This document shows, piece by piece, positions 19,830 to 30,554 of a DNA stretch of 53,843 nt. The stretch covers positions 6,402 to 60,244 of the forward strand of contig CAZBZS010000010.1 of assembly GCA_964496475.1 (NCBI GenBank), given 5' to 3'. How positions within the stretch are numbered: the stretch's first letter is position 1; each line of letters starts with the position of its first letter. Source of the stretch: an uncultured Chloroflexota bacterium. Lineage in GTDB: Bacteria > Chloroflexota > UBA11872 > VXNJ01. The notes under the pieces were generated by a model that was given only the letters and a program-made list of their open reading frames with translations, ran no database searches and was not told where the DNA came from. The position numbers were made by a program, and so were the translations under genes.

Positions 19830-20317
19830 TAGCGAACCCGCCCCTACCAGGCCACGGCTTCATCGAACGCGGAACTCACCGTGAACCGCTAAGTTTGCAC
19901 GCTCACCGTCACCATGCTTGCCTAGGGAAGCTTGAAATGTAGGGCGGGTGGTCGGGGATCGGGGTCCACCTCTCCGAACACGTAAACTACCCCCACTTCA
20001 CCTTCTCCCACGACGCGCACCAAAAATACCACTGCCAGCGCCAGTATTGGGCCGACAATAAAGAGCACTCCCGCCACCACCAGCCAGGGCCTGCGCCCAT
20101 CTCTAGCGCCTTTCGGTCCCTCATCCGACACACCCGCTCTCTCCTCCTCTGAACACTCACCCGCCGTCTGCAACCGAACGTCGCAGCTACGGCACAATGC
20201 GTGGTGCCGTCGATTCCTATGGCCGCAGTTGGCGTAAATCCGAACGTTGCTGCTCACCGGACTCCCTCCAGCGCCCGCACCGACATGTGATTCCTGCCGT
20301 TCCGGTGTCACCGCCAT
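19830..20317 (-). pseudogene. Remnant of a (zinc-ribbon)-TM-SPFH/prohibitin protein
   Basis: CGH..CRSC, TM helix, VGEGEVGVVYVFGEV..LHFKLP, then TAG in place of W and further TAGs; truncated. Confidence 0.6.
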
Positions 20318-20440
20318 CCGCCAATCGTGACCTCAAACCTACCGGACCCCATCGAATAAAGCATCTCCCATTGACCCACCCCGTACCGTCGCCCAAACTG
20401 AGCGGGCCCTCCAATTAACCACCCGAATCGAGGCTCCCTC

Positions 20441-21415
20441 TTGCCGAAAGTGCTCATGGGCCGCCTGACCGCCGAGCTCTGGCTGCCCAACCTCATGCAC
20501 AAGTTCACCGATGCCGGCTGGGATATCGCCATCAGCCCTGCCGAGCCTCCCCTCACCGAGGAAATTCTCCTCGCCGAGGTGAGCGGTGTCCACGCCGTCA
20601 TCGCCCACAACGCTGACCAGTGGACCGCCCGCGTCATGGACGCAGCCACCGACCTCAAGGTCATCGCCCGCACCGGCGTCGGCTTTGAGCACGTCGACAT
20701 CGATGCCGCCCGCGAGCGCGGCATCGTCGTCGCCACCACCCCCGGCTCCAACGCCGAGACCGTCGCCGATCTCACCTTCGCCATGATGCTCGCCCTTTCC
20801 CGCAAGCTCATCGCCAACGACGCCACCCTGAAGCAAGGCATCTGGAAGCCCATCCTGGCCAACGATATCCACTTCAAGACCATCGGCATCCTAGGCCTCG
20901 GCCGCATCGGTCGTGCCGTCGCCCGCCGCGCGTCTGCCTTCAGGATGAAAGTGATCGGCTACGACCCGTTCGTCGACCCGGCTGGCGTCCAAGAGGCCGA
21001 CGTGCAGCCCGTCACCCTCGACGAGCTCTATTCCAGGAGCGACTTCGTCACCCTGCACCTCCCCGCCACCCCCAACACCACCGGCATGATCGACGCCGGC
21101 GTACTCGCCGCCATGAAATCCACCGCCTTCCTCATCAACACCGCCCGCGGAGCCCTCATCGACGAGCACGCCCTCGCCATCGCCCTCCGCTCCGGACAGA
21201 TCGCCGGCGCCGGCCTCGACGTCTTTGCCACCGAGCCCGCCAGCGACTCCCCGCTCGTGCGCCTGCCCAACGTCCTCGCCAGCCCCCACCTCGCCGGCAA
21301 CACCAAAGAAACCATGGAGATCACGGGCGAGATGGCCGTCGACAACGCCCTCGCCGTCCTCGCCGGCGACTGGCCCAGCGAAGTGGTCGTGAACGGAGTG
21401 TATCCCTGCAATTGA
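20441..21415 (+). CDS. D-isomer 2-hydroxyacid dehydrogenase (phosphoglycerate dehydrogenase-like)
   Basis: GLGRIG, LINTARG, LDVFATEP, SPHLAG. Confidence 0.92.
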   Translation: MPKVLMGRLTAELWLPNLMHKFTDAGWDIAISPAEPPLTEEILLAEVSGVHAVIAHNADQWTARVMDAATDLKVIARTGVGFEHVDIDAARERGIVVATTPGSNAETVADLTFAMMLALSRKLIANDATLKQGIWKPILANDIHFKTIGILGLGRIGRAVARRASAFRMKVIGYDPFVDPAGVQEADVQPVTLDELYSRSDFVTLHLPATPNTTGMIDAGVLAAMKSTAFLINTARGALIDEHALAIALRSGQIAGAGLDVFATEPASDSPLVRLPNVLASPHLAGNTKETMEITGEMAVDNALAVLAGDWPSEVVVNGVYPCN

Positions 21416-21532
21416 CAGGAGATCGGTGAACGAGCGAATTCGATGAACTGCATATTGAGGCCACCTGCCGGTTGGAACGAAGGTGAGATTTGGATAATGA
21501 TCACCGGACGATTCGGCGGGTAAGGCGGCCGG

Positions 21533-22693
21533 CTAGCCTTCGACTCGGTTGGCGTCGATGTAGTCCCAGTTGAGCTCGATGCCGAGTCCGGGCCCCTGGG
21601 GGATGTGGACGTAGCCCTGGTTGTCCATGGGATCGCAGGGCGAGTGCAGGTAGGGTGGGGTGGCGTCGCGGTCGACGCCGGGCAGGGTGAGGCCGCGCTC
21701 GTAGTATTTACAGGTCTCTTCGGTGGTGGCTCCCAAGACGGCCAGATTGCCGAATCCGCCGACGTGAATTTCGCACTGCTGGCCGAAGGCTTCGTAGAGA
21801 TGGACGGTTTTCATGGTGGCGGTGATGCCGCCGAGGCCGACATCCATGCGACCCATGTCGGCGGCGCCGGCTCTGATCCAGGAGGCGCGGGTGAAGGGGC
21901 CGCCATCTTCCAACTCGGGGGCGAGGATGGCGATATCGAGGGCGCGGGATAGCTCGACGTAAGCTTCCATGCGGCGCTCTTCCATGGGCTGTTCGAGCCA
22001 GTAATAGCCGAGTTTCTCCAGCTCGCGACCGACGTAGATGGACTCCTGGAGGGTGTAGACGCCCCAGGGGTCGTGCATAAGGACCATGTCGTCGCCGACT
22101 GCGTCGCGCACGGCGCGGCAGACTGCGACGTCTTCGTCGGGAAAGGCCGGTTTGCCGGGAGCGGGTTGCTGCGTGTGCGGGTCCCAGTAGATGTAGGCGT
22201 GGACCTTGAAGGCGGTGTAACCACGCTCTTTGGCCTCCAGTGCGTGCTCGGCGTAGACCTCGGGGCCGCCGAGGTTGGGGGCGGTGCTGCAATAGGCTTT
22301 GACGCGGTCGCGATAGCCACCGAGGAGCTTGTAAACGGGCAGATCAGAGACGCGCCCGAGGAGATCCCAGAGGGCCATGTCGACGCTGGCGGTCATGCGC
22401 TCGGTGAAGCCGTTATGGGCGGTCATCCAATGCCAGAGACGCTCGCGGTCGAGGGGGTCTTCGCCAAGCAGAAGGGGCTTGAGGAGGGCGTCGACAACGG
22501 ATTGAGGAGGGGCGGGGAAATAGGCGGAGTAGCCGCCGACGGAAAAGCCTTCAGCACCGCTGTCAGCGCCGATGCGGAGGATGCGCATGATGGTGTCACG
22601 CAGCTCGCCGTCGCGCACGGCGTATCCCCAGCGGGTTGGCGTGGTCTCGGCGAGAATGGTGAAGGCGATGGTCTCTACTTCGGTGATTCTCAT
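21533..22693 (-). CDS. Mandelate racemase/enolase superfamily protein (KxH subgroup)
   Basis: DMALWDL, AFKVH, MHDP, LEQP, APE, GPGLG. Confidence 0.88.
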   Translation of the reverse strand: MRITEVETIAFTILAETTPTRWGYAVRDGELRDTIMRILRIGADSGAEGFSVGGYSAYFPAPPQSVVDALLKPLLLGEDPLDRERLWHWMTAHNGFTERMTASVDMALWDLLGRVSDLPVYKLLGGYRDRVKAYCSTAPNLGGPEVYAEHALEAKERGYTAFKVHAYIYWDPHTQQPAPGKPAFPDEDVAVCRAVRDAVGDDMVLMHDPWGVYTLQESIYVGRELEKLGYYWLEQPMEERRMEAYVELSRALDIAILAPELEDGGPFTRASWIRAGAADMGRMDVGLGGITATMKTVHLYEAFGQQCEIHVGGFGNLAVLGATTEETCKYYERGLTLPGVDRDATPPYLHSPCDPMDNQGYVHIPQGPGLGIELNWDYIDANRVEG

Positions 22694-22928
22694 CTCGATC
22701 CCATCCCTTTCGCGCTTCGGCGGCAACGCCCGATTTTGCCGGAGGGCCGTTACTCTAACGGACAGTTATTGCAGCGCTCCCGCGCCGGAATCAGGCGCGT
22801 CACCGTCCGCTTGCCCTTCGGCCCCCGCGCCGCGTCCCTCAACACCTCAAGAATATTGTGACGGAATCCGGCCATATGCTCCCCACTTGCGCCAATTCTA
22901 TCTCCCCCCCATCAAGCGGCACCACCGC

Positions 22929-23435
22929 CTACTCCCCTGGATACGGATTCACAGCGCTAATCCTCGCCTGCGTCGCGATCTCCTCCGGCCCCCAGAACGT
23001 CTTGATGTACTCAAGCACCACCCGGATTTCCGCCGGCGTCAGTATCTCCTCGTACGCGATCATCCGGCTCTTAAAAGTCGGCGACTCGTACAGCTTTCCC
23101 CCTCGCAAAACGATCTCGTAGAGCTGCGCGTCCGCATGATGCCAAGTGTGCCCGCTCGCATCGTGTGGCGGCGCCGGACGCGTGTAATCGGCCCTTGCAA
23201 CCTGCCAGTTGGGTTCGCCTTCTCCCGACATCCCGTGGCAAGCTGCACAGTTGGCTTCGTAGATAGTGCGACCCAGCCCGATCTCGCCATCCCCGTCCCC
23301 CACCGGTGCCTCCGGCTCCACCACTTCCGCCCCGACCGTCGGCGCGTTCACCACCAGCTCCCGTTCCGTCCCACACCCAACCAGTGTCGACGCCAATATC
23401 AGGCTGACAGTCCATATCATGGACTTACGCTTCAA
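22929..23435 (-). CDS. c-type cytochrome lipoprotein
   Basis: Lipobox LVGC, CAACHG heme motif, APPHDASGHTWHH, distal Met; start may be 23420. Confidence 0.85.
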   Translation of the reverse strand: MKRKSMIWTVSLILASTLVGCGTERELVVNAPTVGAEVVEPEAPVGDGDGEIGLGRTIYEANCAACHGMSGEGEPNWQVARADYTRPAPPHDASGHTWHHADAQLYEIVLRGGKLYESPTFKSRMIAYEEILTPAEIRVVLEYIKTFWGPEEIATQARISAVNPYPGE

Positions 23436-23550
23436 GCCGCAGCCTACCTCCGCGGGTTCAGACACCAGGACAGTATCATCTACGGTCCCGGGGCCTTCAA
23501 GCCCATCCGTCCTGCCCCGGCTCAGTCACGTTCCGACATCTGGGATTGAA

Positions 23551-24351
23551 ATGCCACCTTGCTGGGTCTCCCGCGCCGCCACCATGGCCGGGCTCATTCT
23601 CCTCGCCCTCGGCGCCTGCGGACGCACCGAACGAGCCGAAATCGCGACCCCCATAGAAGCCCCGCCCCCCGCCACCGCCGCAGAGTCCGTCGTCCTCGAC
23701 GAATACGGCTACACCTCCAACGAATGCCTCTGCGCCGTCGCCAGCCCTCAGCCCGAGCCCCCGCTCGTATACGCCGGAGCCAGCCCCGCCGTCACCCACG
23801 CCGCCCTCCTATTCCAGGAGGAGAACTTCGACGACTCCCTTGCCGGCTTCAATCTCATCCTGGCCTACGGCGACGGACACGCTCATGACCACTTCAACCG
23901 TGGCGTTGTCCATTTGCGACTCGCCCATCTGGACGAAGCCATCGCCGACTTCGATCGCGCCATCCAGCTCGATCCCACTCTCTCCGCCGCCCACCTCAAT
24001 CTCGGCATCGCCCACTATCGCACCCGCGACAGCGAATCCGCCCTTCGGCACATCGCCACCGCCATCGAGCAGTCCGCCGCCTACGCCCGCGCATACTGGA
24101 ACCGGGGCTACATGCTCGGCATGCAGACCGACTATGAAGCTGGCCTTGCCGCCTTCGACGTGGCCGTCAGACTCGGTCCCGACGACCCGGTCAATCTCCT
24201 GGGGCGCGGCCTGGCCTACGCAAACATCGGGCGCACCAGCGACGCCCGCGCCGACCTCCAGGCCGCCCTCGCCCTCACCGACGACCCCGCCCTCATTGTT
24301 CCCATCGAGATAGCTCTGCGCGACATGGCCGATCCGACCGCTAACGACTAG
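23551..24351 (+). CDS. TPR-repeat lipoprotein
   Basis: LALGAC lipobox; repeats NRGVV..EAIADFDRAIQLDP, NLG, NRG, GRG. Confidence 0.8.
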   Translation: MPPCWVSRAATMAGLILLALGACGRTERAEIATPIEAPPPATAAESVVLDEYGYTSNECLCAVASPQPEPPLVYAGASPAVTHAALLFQEENFDDSLAGFNLILAYGDGHAHDHFNRGVVHLRLAHLDEAIADFDRAIQLDPTLSAAHLNLGIAHYRTRDSESALRHIATAIEQSAAYARAYWNRGYMLGMQTDYEAGLAAFDVAVRLGPDDPVNLLGRGLAYANIGRTSDARADLQAALALTDDPALIVPIEIALRDMADPTAND

Positions 24352-24441
24352 TCCCCCCACTTATCCCGCGCCCAACCTCAATCCACTCCCATCCCGACCA
24401 TCCCTCCGCCTTCACGCCCCGATCTCGTCACCGTCCACCCC

Positions 24442-24818
24442 TTACCACGCGCCCGCATCCAGCAAACCCAGAAAGACCTTCTTGTCCCCCTCGTCCACCA
24501 GCTCGTCCCCCGCTCTTCGCGCCCGAGCTTGCAGCTCGGCCGACTCCAGAGACCCGGCGCAGTCTCGGGCAAGCGCCAAGTATTCCAACATCCAAGCTCG
24601 GTCGAACGGCGTCTGCTCGGCTCCGTTTTGCGCACTCAATTCCTCGCAGGCCTCCGCGTGAGACCCGGCCGGCTCCCCGTGACCGAGGTAGGAGTGGACC
24701 GTCGCCGGCAGTCGCTCTCCCCCCTCCGCACCCACGTCCCCCGATTCCCGCACATCTCATTGTTGAACTCCACTCCAAACTGACGATGCACCGCTGTATC
24801 GCCAACTTCCTCCGGCAT
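24442..24818 (-). pseudogene. Degraded hypothetical protein (frameshift, probable internal deletion)
   Basis: HRQFGVEFNN segment and ATVHSYLG...FDRAWMLEYLA...DKKVF..DAGAW segment lie in different frames. Confidence 0.45.
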
Positions 24819-24845
24819 CTTCAACCTTCCGTAAATCTCTCTGGC

Positions 24846-25943
24846 CTAATCCACTCCATATTTCTCCACCGCCCCCGGGTCGAGCTCCAGCCCGAGTCCC
24901 ATCTTGTCAGGGTCCGGCGACCATTTCGCTCCCGCCGGCACATCGAATTCCTTATACAGAATTACATCCTCCTCCTCCCTCGAACCCAGGCACTCAACCA
25001 CCATCATGTTCGGAGCTGCGCAGGCCATGTGCAGGTGAACCAGCTGATAACTGTGCGACGCCACCGGCAGATTGAACGCATCCGCTATCGCCGCCACTTT
25101 CATCCACTCCGTCACGCCCCCCACCCTGCCCACATCCGGCTGCACGATGTCCGCCGCGCCACGCGCGATCAGATCCTTGAAGCCCCATTTCGTGTACTCG
25201 TGCTCCCCGGTCGCCACCGGAATATCCACCGCCGCCACCACCCGCGCCAGCCCATCGATGTCGTCCGCCAGCACCGGCTCCTCGTACCATCCCACATCAA
25301 ACTCCTCGAACCTCCGCGCCATCCCGATCGCCTGCTTCGTCGTGTAGCCGTTGTTCGCGTCGATGTAGATCACAACCTCATCCCCCACCGCCTTGCGCAC
25401 CGCTCGCAGCCGCTGCACATCCTCGTCCGTACTAGACCCGAAATCCTTCCCCACCTTCATTTTCACTCGCGTCATCCCGCGCTCCACGTAGCTCATCTGC
25501 TCCTCCACCAATTCCGCCTCCGTGTACGAAGTCCAGCCGCCGCTGCCGTAGATCGGAACCGATTCCCGGCACGGACCCAGCAGCTTGTACAACGGCAGCC
25601 CCACGCTCTTCGCCTTCAGGTCCCACAGCGCGATATCCACCGCCGAGATCGCCTGGAAGGCCACTCCCTTCCTGCCAATCCCCCTCACCCGCCAGAACAT
25701 CTCCTGCCACAAGCCTTCAATATTGAGCGGATCGGCCCCTTCTAGCAGAGGTTTCAGGTCATGATCGATCACCGCCCGCACCGCTCGGCTCGCCGTCGAC
25801 ATCCCCAGGCCTTCGATACCTTCGTCCGTCGCTATATGGACGAAACAATGCCCGCCCATTCCCATGCTCACCGCCGTCGCGTCCGCCAGCGGCGGGTCCC
25901 GCGGAATCGCCATCAGCGTCGTGCGAACCTGTGCGATCTTCAC
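24846..25943 (-). CDS. Mandelate racemase/muconate lactonizing enzyme family
   Basis: KMKVG, IDAN, YEEP, TGEHE, QPD; GTG start. Confidence 0.9.
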   Translation of the reverse strand: MKIAQVRTTLMAIPRDPPLADATAVSMGMGGHCFVHIATDEGIEGLGMSTASRAVRAVIDHDLKPLLEGADPLNIEGLWQEMFWRVRGIGRKGVAFQAISAVDIALWDLKAKSVGLPLYKLLGPCRESVPIYGSGGWTSYTEAELVEEQMSYVERGMTRVKMKVGKDFGSSTDEDVQRLRAVRKAVGDEVVIYIDANNGYTTKQAIGMARRFEEFDVGWYEEPVLADDIDGLARVVAAVDIPVATGEHEYTKWGFKDLIARGAADIVQPDVGRVGGVTEWMKVAAIADAFNLPVASHSYQLVHLHMACAAPNMMVVECLGSREEEDVILYKEFDVPAGAKWSPDPDKMGLGLELDPGAVEKYGVD

Positions 25944-26486
25944 CCTTGTTCCCCTCGCGCATCCCCGGTCGTGCCGGTCCCCTAGCCTAATACAACCCAC
26001 CCCCATCAGCCGTCGGCATGAATCTTGACGAATTCCAGTCCGCAATTCCCCGGTCCATCTCCGCGTGCCCGTCCCCCTGCGACCACCCGCGATCCACACG
26101 AGCTCCGCCACCTGCCGGCCACCAATTTATCCCCGATCATCGAGCCCACCCACATAAATTCAATCTCACGGGCCAGTGGGATTCACACCAAGAGCGCAGC
26201 ACTGATCGGGGAAACTCGCTACGCAGGATTAGGCCTGAAGGGGGTATGCAGACCGGTGGCAGCCGGTAGAATCGATCACTATTTCAGGCTAGGAAACATC
26301 CAATTCCAGGATGCATCGGCTGATATAGATGCTCGGCGTTCGTGTCGGAATAGCCGATGTCGTATCGCAAGTAAAACGACAAACTTCCCTCCGGTCGATA
26401 TTCAGCCGCTTCCCCGATAATGTCGCTTTAGAATTTGCAGTAGAAGAGGTGACCAGCATGGATAGGTTCGCGTTGGCTAGACATTC

Positions 26487-27929
26487 GTGAAAATCCGAAT
26501 ACTCCTTACCGCTGCACTGGCTGCTATTGCGCTCTTGCTTGCTGCGTGTAGAGATTCACAGATCGATGTCGAGCGGGAAGTAGGCTTAGAAACAACAATG
26601 GCTTCTTCACCCACTCCGTCAGATCCAAACAATACTGACATCCATAGTGGGCAACCGTCCCGTGAAGAAGATAGTTTGCCACCAAACGAAGAAGTCCTTT
26701 CGCCAGCAAACGAAGAAACTCTGCCTCCGGCAAGCGGAGACCGTTTCGGGCATTTGAGTTCTGGTAGAGATGCGGGTCCTGGCAGATGGAGAAGGGCCCA
26801 TCCAGGAGTCTTTTCGTGGGGGCTAATCGAAAAATCTCCTGGACGCCTTGATTGGTATCACGCAGATGGATTAATTCAAAGCATGCAAAAGGATGACGCG
26901 GGCATCCTAATAACACTCTGGCCGTTCGCTGATTGGGACCAACAGTCCTGTCACAGTGGTAAGCCCCTATACAGACCGATATTCCCGGAACTTGGAGCTT
27001 CACTCTACAAACCGTGCGATCTTTCTGCCTATTCGTCCTGGGTAAATGCAACAGTAGAACGCTATGACGGTGACGGTATCGACGACATGCCTAAGCTTCT
27101 CTATCCAGTTCGCCACTGGGAAATAGCTAACGAGCCAGAAATGCAGGAGCCTCCTGTGGTTTTCTTCCAAGGAGGTCCGGCTGACTACATAGAACTTTTG
27201 CAAGCATCTACACAGGCGATTCGTAACGCAGATCCTTCGGCGATCGTCATTTTAGGAGGGCAAGCCGGGATGCTGGATCACATGATCCGTTACTGGGAGC
27301 CGATTTTGGCTGCAGCAACAAGGGAGGATATGTTCGATGTGGGCAATATTCATTCAATCTCAAGTAGTGATACGTTCTCTTCGGCAGAATATCGAGAATT
27401 CCTAAATGAACACGGCCACGCAGCAAAACCATATTGGATCACTGAGGCTGAGATTGGCATTTCGCCGGGATTGTCCAGACCGGTATCGGAATTGGCCCAA
27501 ATTCCTCTGATAGGTTCGGTAACTTCATTCGTGAATGGGGCTGAGAAGATTTTGATAGCAGGAGCGGCGTATGGCGGACCTCGCATTCCAGTGGAAGTAC
27601 GCGAAAGTTGGGAAGTAGTTGTCGCAACGATTGGGGATTTCAGCAAGGTCACTGGCCTGTCAGAGAATTCCGCCTTGTTTGTTATGCCGAACGATTCGGT
27701 CATCTACGCACTCTGGGATGGGGCGAAGCTGCCGACCGAAGTGACAGGCCAGGTGTTAGTCCGCCGATTTGACGGGCTAGAACAAACAATCGATGCATCG
27801 CTTATTGATGCCAATATTCCAATGTTCGTTATGACTGAGGAGTCGCCCGTATCAACCAAACAGCCTTTGCCTCCAGGTAATCTGAACACACCACTACGTA
27901 AAGAAGAATCTTCTAGATCATCCAACTAG
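26487..27929 (+). CDS. Lipoprotein with clan GH-A-like glycoside hydrolase domain, lower GC than flanks
   Basis: LLAAC lipobox; WEIANEP acid/base and WITEAE nucleophile motifs; DGDGIDD; many A/T-ending codons. Confidence 0.75.
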   Translation: MKIRILLTAALAAIALLLAACRDSQIDVEREVGLETTMASSPTPSDPNNTDIHSGQPSREEDSLPPNEEVLSPANEETLPPASGDRFGHLSSGRDAGPGRWRRAHPGVFSWGLIEKSPGRLDWYHADGLIQSMQKDDAGILITLWPFADWDQQSCHSGKPLYRPIFPELGASLYKPCDLSAYSSWVNATVERYDGDGIDDMPKLLYPVRHWEIANEPEMQEPPVVFFQGGPADYIELLQASTQAIRNADPSAIVILGGQAGMLDHMIRYWEPILAAATREDMFDVGNIHSISSSDTFSSAEYREFLNEHGHAAKPYWITEAEIGISPGLSRPVSELAQIPLIGSVTSFVNGAEKILIAGAAYGGPRIPVEVRESWEVVVATIGDFSKVTGLSENSALFVMPNDSVIYALWDGAKLPTEVTGQVLVRRFDGLEQTIDASLIDANIPMFVMTEESPVSTKQPLPPGNLNTPLRKEESSRSSN

Positions 27930-27941
27930 GCCTTGCCTCCA

Positions 27942-28004
27942 ATGGAGATTCTCGGTCATAGCACGATCAGCCTGACAATGAATACCTATAGCCACGTGCC
28001 CCCT
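27942..28004 (+). pseudogene. Tyrosine recombinase/integrase C-terminal remnant
   Basis: Translates MEILGHSTISLTMNTYSHV, the LGH...T..Y.H box containing the catalytic Tyr. Confidence 0.75.
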
Positions 28005-28138
28005 GTAATTGAGGTTAGACCCGGCCGATCCCGTCCCCTATATAGCTAGTACCTGTCCTCGAAAAACAGTGAGGTCCATGGATCGCTCTGTTGGAGGCGA
28101 TAACGCAGTCAACTCGCGGCCTACTGGTTTCGTCAAAA

Positions 28139-28315
28139 TCAATCCTTGCTCCTGATCCATACCCACGCAATAAACCCGAGCACTAGGGATACAACCAATA
28201 CGGGAATACCCTTCGATCCCAGTGTACTAAACCCGGCGATATTAGCAACGGTTATGAGGACTGCAGCGGTAATCCAACTCAGAAATCCTATGCCGACAAT
28301 GGTATAGAAGGTCGC
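28139..28315 (-). pseudogene. C-terminal fragment of a low-GC membrane protein
   Basis: ATFYTIVGIGFLSWITAAVLI...VLGFIAWVWIRSKD* with no start codon; abuts the dnaE fragment. Confidence 0.45.
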
Positions 28316-28679
28316 CTTAAGATCGTGAGCGGCGCCGGGTGCAGGTAGGTCACTACGCCCGGGTTGCTCTTCTTCACGACGTACTCATCGATGTTGGCCA
28401 TCGGACCCGGCCTGTAGAACGCCACCATCACCGCCAGGTCCGCCACGCTGGTGGGTTTCAGGCGGGTCAGGTTCCGGGTTATTGCCGACCCCTCCAACTG
28501 GAACAGTCCCACCGATTCCCCCGAGCCAAGAGTTCAAACGTCTTTTCGTCATCCAACGGCGGGTCTTGCACAACCAGTATTTCAGCCCGCGTTTCCTCGA
28601 TGAACCTCAACGTGGTGGCGATCGTTCTGAACGTCGCCAGCCCCAGGAAGTCCATCTTAAGGAATCCAATTGCACCCAT
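28316..28679 (-). pseudogene. dnaE: DNA polymerase III alpha subunit internal fragment
   Basis: GFLKMDFLGL, PLDDEKTFELL, GLFQLE, YRPGPM; frameshift in a G-run near 28520; only ~120 codons. Confidence 0.85.
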
Positions 28680-28774
28680 CCCGCCCCCCGGGAGCCGCCC
28701 AAACCGTTAACATCCATACCTGACTCGAATCGGCATATGCACGCCAGCCACCCCGGCCAGAGGAGGCGCTCACC

Positions 28775-29509
28775 ATGGAACTCACCGGCAGAGTCGCGCT
28801 GGTCACTGGCGCCAGCCGCGGCATAGGTGAGGCCATCGCCCTAGGCTACGCCACCGCCGGCGCCCACGTCGCCCTCGCCGCCCGCGATGCCGATAATCTG
28901 AACTCCGTCGCCGGCCGGATCAACGCCGCCGGCGGATCGTGCAGCGTCTACCCTCTGGATGTCGCTGAGCACACCGCTGTCGGCCGCACCATCGACAGCA
29001 TCATCCGCGATCTTGGCCGCCTCGACATCCTCTGCAACAACGCCGGCATCAGCACCGCACGCGGCAACATCGTCGATGTCCCGCCCGAGCGTTTCGCCGC
29101 CCTATACGCCGTCAACGTCACCGGGCTCTACTCCTGCTGTCACGCCGTCCTACCCCACATGACCCAGCGCAGTTACGGCCGCATCGTCAACATCAGCTCC
29201 GGCTCCGCCTACATGTGCAAGCCCGGCACCGCCGCCTACTCAAGCTCCAAGGCCGCCGTTAATGCCATCACCGTCGCCCTCGCCGACGAGACCCACGAAT
29301 TCAACATCCTGGTCAACGCCATGAGCCCCGGTTCCATCCGCACCGATATGAATCCCTCCGCCGACACCCCGCCTTCTGCCGCCGTCCCCACCGCCCTCTG
29401 GCTGGCTTCCCTCCCCGACGACGGCCCCACCGGCCGCTTCTACCGTTTCATGGAGGAAATCCCCATCCTCCCGCCCACCGACGTAGACTTCAGCTCCGGC
29501 CCCGATTAG
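28775..29509 (+). CDS. SDR family oxidoreductase
   Basis: AGGAGG RBS; TGASRGIG, NNAG, YSSSK. Confidence 0.92.
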   Translation: MELTGRVALVTGASRGIGEAIALGYATAGAHVALAARDADNLNSVAGRINAAGGSCSVYPLDVAEHTAVGRTIDSIIRDLGRLDILCNNAGISTARGNIVDVPPERFAALYAVNVTGLYSCCHAVLPHMTQRSYGRIVNISSGSAYMCKPGTAAYSSSKAAVNAITVALADETHEFNILVNAMSPGSIRTDMNPSADTPPSAAVPTALWLASLPDDGPTGRFYRFMEEIPILPPTDVDFSSGPD

Positions 29510-29535
29510 CTTTTAGCACCCACCCAGCCAGTCCC

Positions 29536-29730
29536 ATGGCAGCGAAACTCACCCTGTTCGTCGGCACGTATACAGGCCTCGGCTCGCTCGGCATCTACAC
29601 CTGCCAGATGGACCCCACCACCGGAGCCCTAGAACAGCTCGCCGTCACCAGCGGCATCGCGGAACCCTCGTTTCTCGCCCTCGATCCCACCGGCGACCAC
29701 CTTTATGCCGTCTCCGAAACCGCGGACGTA
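29536..29730 (+). pseudogene. Truncated 6-phosphogluconolactonase (beta-propeller lactonase) N-terminus
   Basis: FVGTYT..GIY...TGAL...PSFLAL...LYAVSE, after which similarity ends abruptly. Confidence 0.75.
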
Positions 29731-29885
29731 GCGGCAAAACTTAAGCCCCACACTGGGCTGCCGCACACTTGTGGAAGCCCGCCCGCCTGTCGTCAGCTTT
29801 CTGCCACAGTGGCCGGTCGTATCTTCCGTCTAGGGTTGGGGCCGTCAGCTAGCGACCCCACTGATATCAACAAGTTAGTGCCGGC

Positions 29886-30329
29886 CTAGATTGGATTCAC
29901 CTCATCATCGGCGGTCTCCTCCGGTCCGGCGGAATCAACCCCATATTTCTCCTCCAGGAAGTGACCCAGGATACGCACTCTCACCGCCAGGATCGCCTGC
30001 GACACCGCCAGACGCCCAAGCTCGGCCTCGTCGGCTTCCGGCACCGACTCCGGTCCTCCGTATTTATCCATCATCTGCCTGGCCTCGGCCACGACCGCCT
30101 CCCACCTCCGAGTCAAGAACGACGCCTGAGCGGTGAGGGCCTCGGCGCCGTCAAACCGCCGCAGGTCATTAAGGGCCTCGGTCCTCGTTTCCCAGAAAAT
30201 TCCCGGCGCTAACTTCGCCACGAATTTCAGGTGTTCGGCGATCCCTTCGTCACTGCGAAGAAACCACTCCACCACGGCGGCGGGATCGTCGATCGGCGGC
30301 ATGATTTCCTGTGCTCCCGACTCCGACAT
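29886..30329 (-). CDS. Hypothetical protein (acidic, helical)
   Basis: Open frame with GGGAG RBS and host-like codon usage; no motif recognised. Confidence 0.55.
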   Translation of the reverse strand: MSESGAQEIMPPIDDPAAVVEWFLRSDEGIAEHLKFVAKLAPGIFWETRTEALNDLRRFDGAEALTAQASFLTRRWEAVVAEARQMMDKYGGPESVPEADEAELGRLAVSQAILAVRVRILGHFLEEKYGVDSAGPEETADDEVNPI

Positions 30330-30554
30330 TTTCAGACTCCCTATCCGGTCCTCGTAAGAAATCGAGGGGACGACACTCTGGCAGACGCGGCCGATCAATC
30401 AATCGCCGCCCCATCACTCGATGTCCGTAGTATCGGACCTGTATCGAGGACTGGTCCTCCCGTCCCCCATCAGCGCGGCGCGTCGGCGAAGATGCGCCGT
30501 CATCGAATCCATAAGAGAGAATACGGTCGACACTCTGGGCCTGTGATTCAGCGG

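Noticed and set aside
29728-29885. Possible IS end at the lactonase breakpoint (GTAGCGGCAAAACTTAAG)
   Set aside because: No matching inverted repeat, target duplication or transposase was found.
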